Part shown: positions 62,400 through 64,000 of the stretch, in pieces
Numbering within the stretch: the first letter of the stretch is position 1
How the letters are laid out: each line of letters opens with the position of its first letter
Assembly: GCA_013239625.1 (NCBI GenBank)
Contig: MU053933.1
Coordinates: 498,001 to 562,000, forward strand
Source of the DNA: Lama guanicoe
Lineage: Eukaryota
Length of the DNA: 64,000 nt
Direction of reading: 5' to 3'
Program-made: the position numbers and the translations under genes
Notes under the pieces: model-generated
Told to the model about the DNA's origin: nothing
Database searches by the model: none
What the model saw: the letters and a program-made list of their open reading frames with translations, nothing else

Positions 62400-64000
62400 T
62401 GTTTGTATTTTGAGAGAATTATAGTTGTAAGAAAGAACACAGATAGATTCCATGGAAGCCCTCACCCTGTTTCCCCAAGTGGTTACACTTGCAAAACTGT
62501 GGCAGAACCCCGCAGCTGGGATGCTGAACTTGGTCCAGCCCGGATACAGAGCATTTCAGGCCCGCAAGGGTCCCTTTGGCTGCCCCCTTATAGCCACACC
62601 CTCTCTCCTTCCGCTCCATCCCCTCCTTGACTTCTGACAGTCACAAACCTCCTCCCCGTTTCTATAGTTTTGTTGTTTCGAGAATGTTACATAAATGGAA
62701 TCACACAATATGCAACCTCTTGGGATTGGCTTTTCCATGAGAATTCTCTGGAGGTCCACCCAGGCTGTTGCGTGCATCGACAGTCCTTTCCTTTTCACTG
62801 CTGAGTAGCATTCCACGGTGTGGGTGGGCCCCATCCACCTGTTGAAGGACTTCTGGGCTGTCTGCAGATTTGGGCTGTTGCAAATAAACCTGTCGTGAGC
62901 ATTTGTGTACCAAGTTTTGTGAATGTAAGCCTTCGTTTCTCTGGGCTAGACGTCCAGGAGTACGACTGCGGGCTGAATGGCAGTTTCATGCTCAGCTCTT
63001 GCAGAAACTACTGGGCTGCGTTCCAGGCTGGCTGTACCTCTTACATCCCACCAGCAAGGCGCGAGTGGTCCAGGTTATCTGCACCCTCCAATTCGGTGGT
63101 CGCGCACTATTTTGTTTTTATTTTAGCCGTCCTAATGGTGAGCAGTGCCATCTGATCGCGGTTTTAACTTGCATTCCTTTAATGGTTGATGCTGCTAAAC
63201 TTCTTTTCACCTGCTTGTTTACTATCTGTGTCTCTTTTTCTGTGAAATCCCTTCATGCCTTCTGCCCGTTTTCGGACTGGATGGCTTGGTGGTTTTCACC
63301 GTTGAGTTCTGAGAGGGCTTCACATGTTCTAGACACTGGTCCTCTGTCGGACGTGAGATTACACTTATTTTCTCCCCGTCCGTAGCTTGACTTTTCATCT
63401 CTCTAACAGCGCCTTTGTCCGAGTCAAGGGGTTTCATATTGATGCAGTCTCGTTTATGAATGTCTCATTTCATGGACCATGCTTTTCGTGTTCAAAAGCT
63501 CTTTGCCTGGCCCTAGATGCCATATTTTCTCCTACCTTTTTCCCTAAAAGATTTATGACGTTACACTTAGATCTGAGATGCATTTTGAGTTGACTTTCAC
63601 ACAAGGCACAAGGCTGAGGCCAGCTTCTTTTCCTTTTTGCCTACTGATGTCCAACTGCTTTAGCATCATTTATGGAAAAAGCTGTTCTTCTTTCACTGAA
63701 GCGCTCTGAACCTATGTCAAAAGCAGTCAAGCGTATTCATGTGAGTCTAACTCCAGACTTTCCATTCTATTCCACTGATCTTTGTGTCTCTCCTTTTGCC
63801 AAACAGCCTGGATTACTGTAGCCATAAGGAGTCTTGAAATCAGGTAGACTAATTTCCCCCTACTTTCTTCTTCTTTCATAAAATTGTTTTAACTATTCTA
63901 ATTCCTTTGCCCTACTAAAACTTTTAGACTATCTTGTTTATGTCTACAGAAAAAAACTTGTTGGGATTTTGATGGGAATTGCATCAAACCTGTATATTAA
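62400..64000 (-). mobile_element. Old L1 (L1MC-like) 3' UTR and ORF2 end, running off the window
   Basis: ttatagttgtaagaaa…ccctcaccctgtttcccca, agaatgttacataaatggaatcacacaatatg, gtccaactgctttagcatcatttat, gggaattgcatcaaacctgta. Confidence 0.85.

Noticed and set aside
44000..64000. ABCG1 exons
   Set aside because: No ABC-transporter or ABCG1 N-terminal peptide was recognised; non-coding first exons cannot be excluded by eye.

Overview
This is mammalian genomic DNA, most likely camelid, judged from a Vic-1-type tRNA-derived SINE at ~43.0-43.15 kb and cetartiodactyl-type L1 3' ends. The only protein-coding gene I can support is the 3' end of UMODL1 (uromodulin-like 1) on the + strand. Five phase-compatible GT-AG coding exons (7493-7638, 8161-8397, 8675-8834, 10513-10597, 12022-12203) encode the end of ZP-N, ZP-C, the external hydrophobic patch, the TM helix and the cytoplasmic tail. 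The intron upstream of them hides an antisense, 5'-truncated, intronless USP1 retrocopy (~2157-7318) with its full 3' UTR; the ORF track shows only fragments of it. Two later L1 insertions split it, and both target-site duplications are readable. The remaining ~47 kb is GC-rich intergenic sequence, expected by human synteny to lead toward ABCG1, though no ABCG1 exon was recognised. It holds L1/L2/MIR fossils, MaLR/ERVL/ERV1 LTRs, hAT MITEs and tandem repeats. I found no evidence of a new biological system. The best leads are the nested retrocopy, a tiny twin-primed L1, ERE-bearing LTRs and the unresolved UMODL1 3' end. All family and homology calls come from recalled sequences, not database searches.
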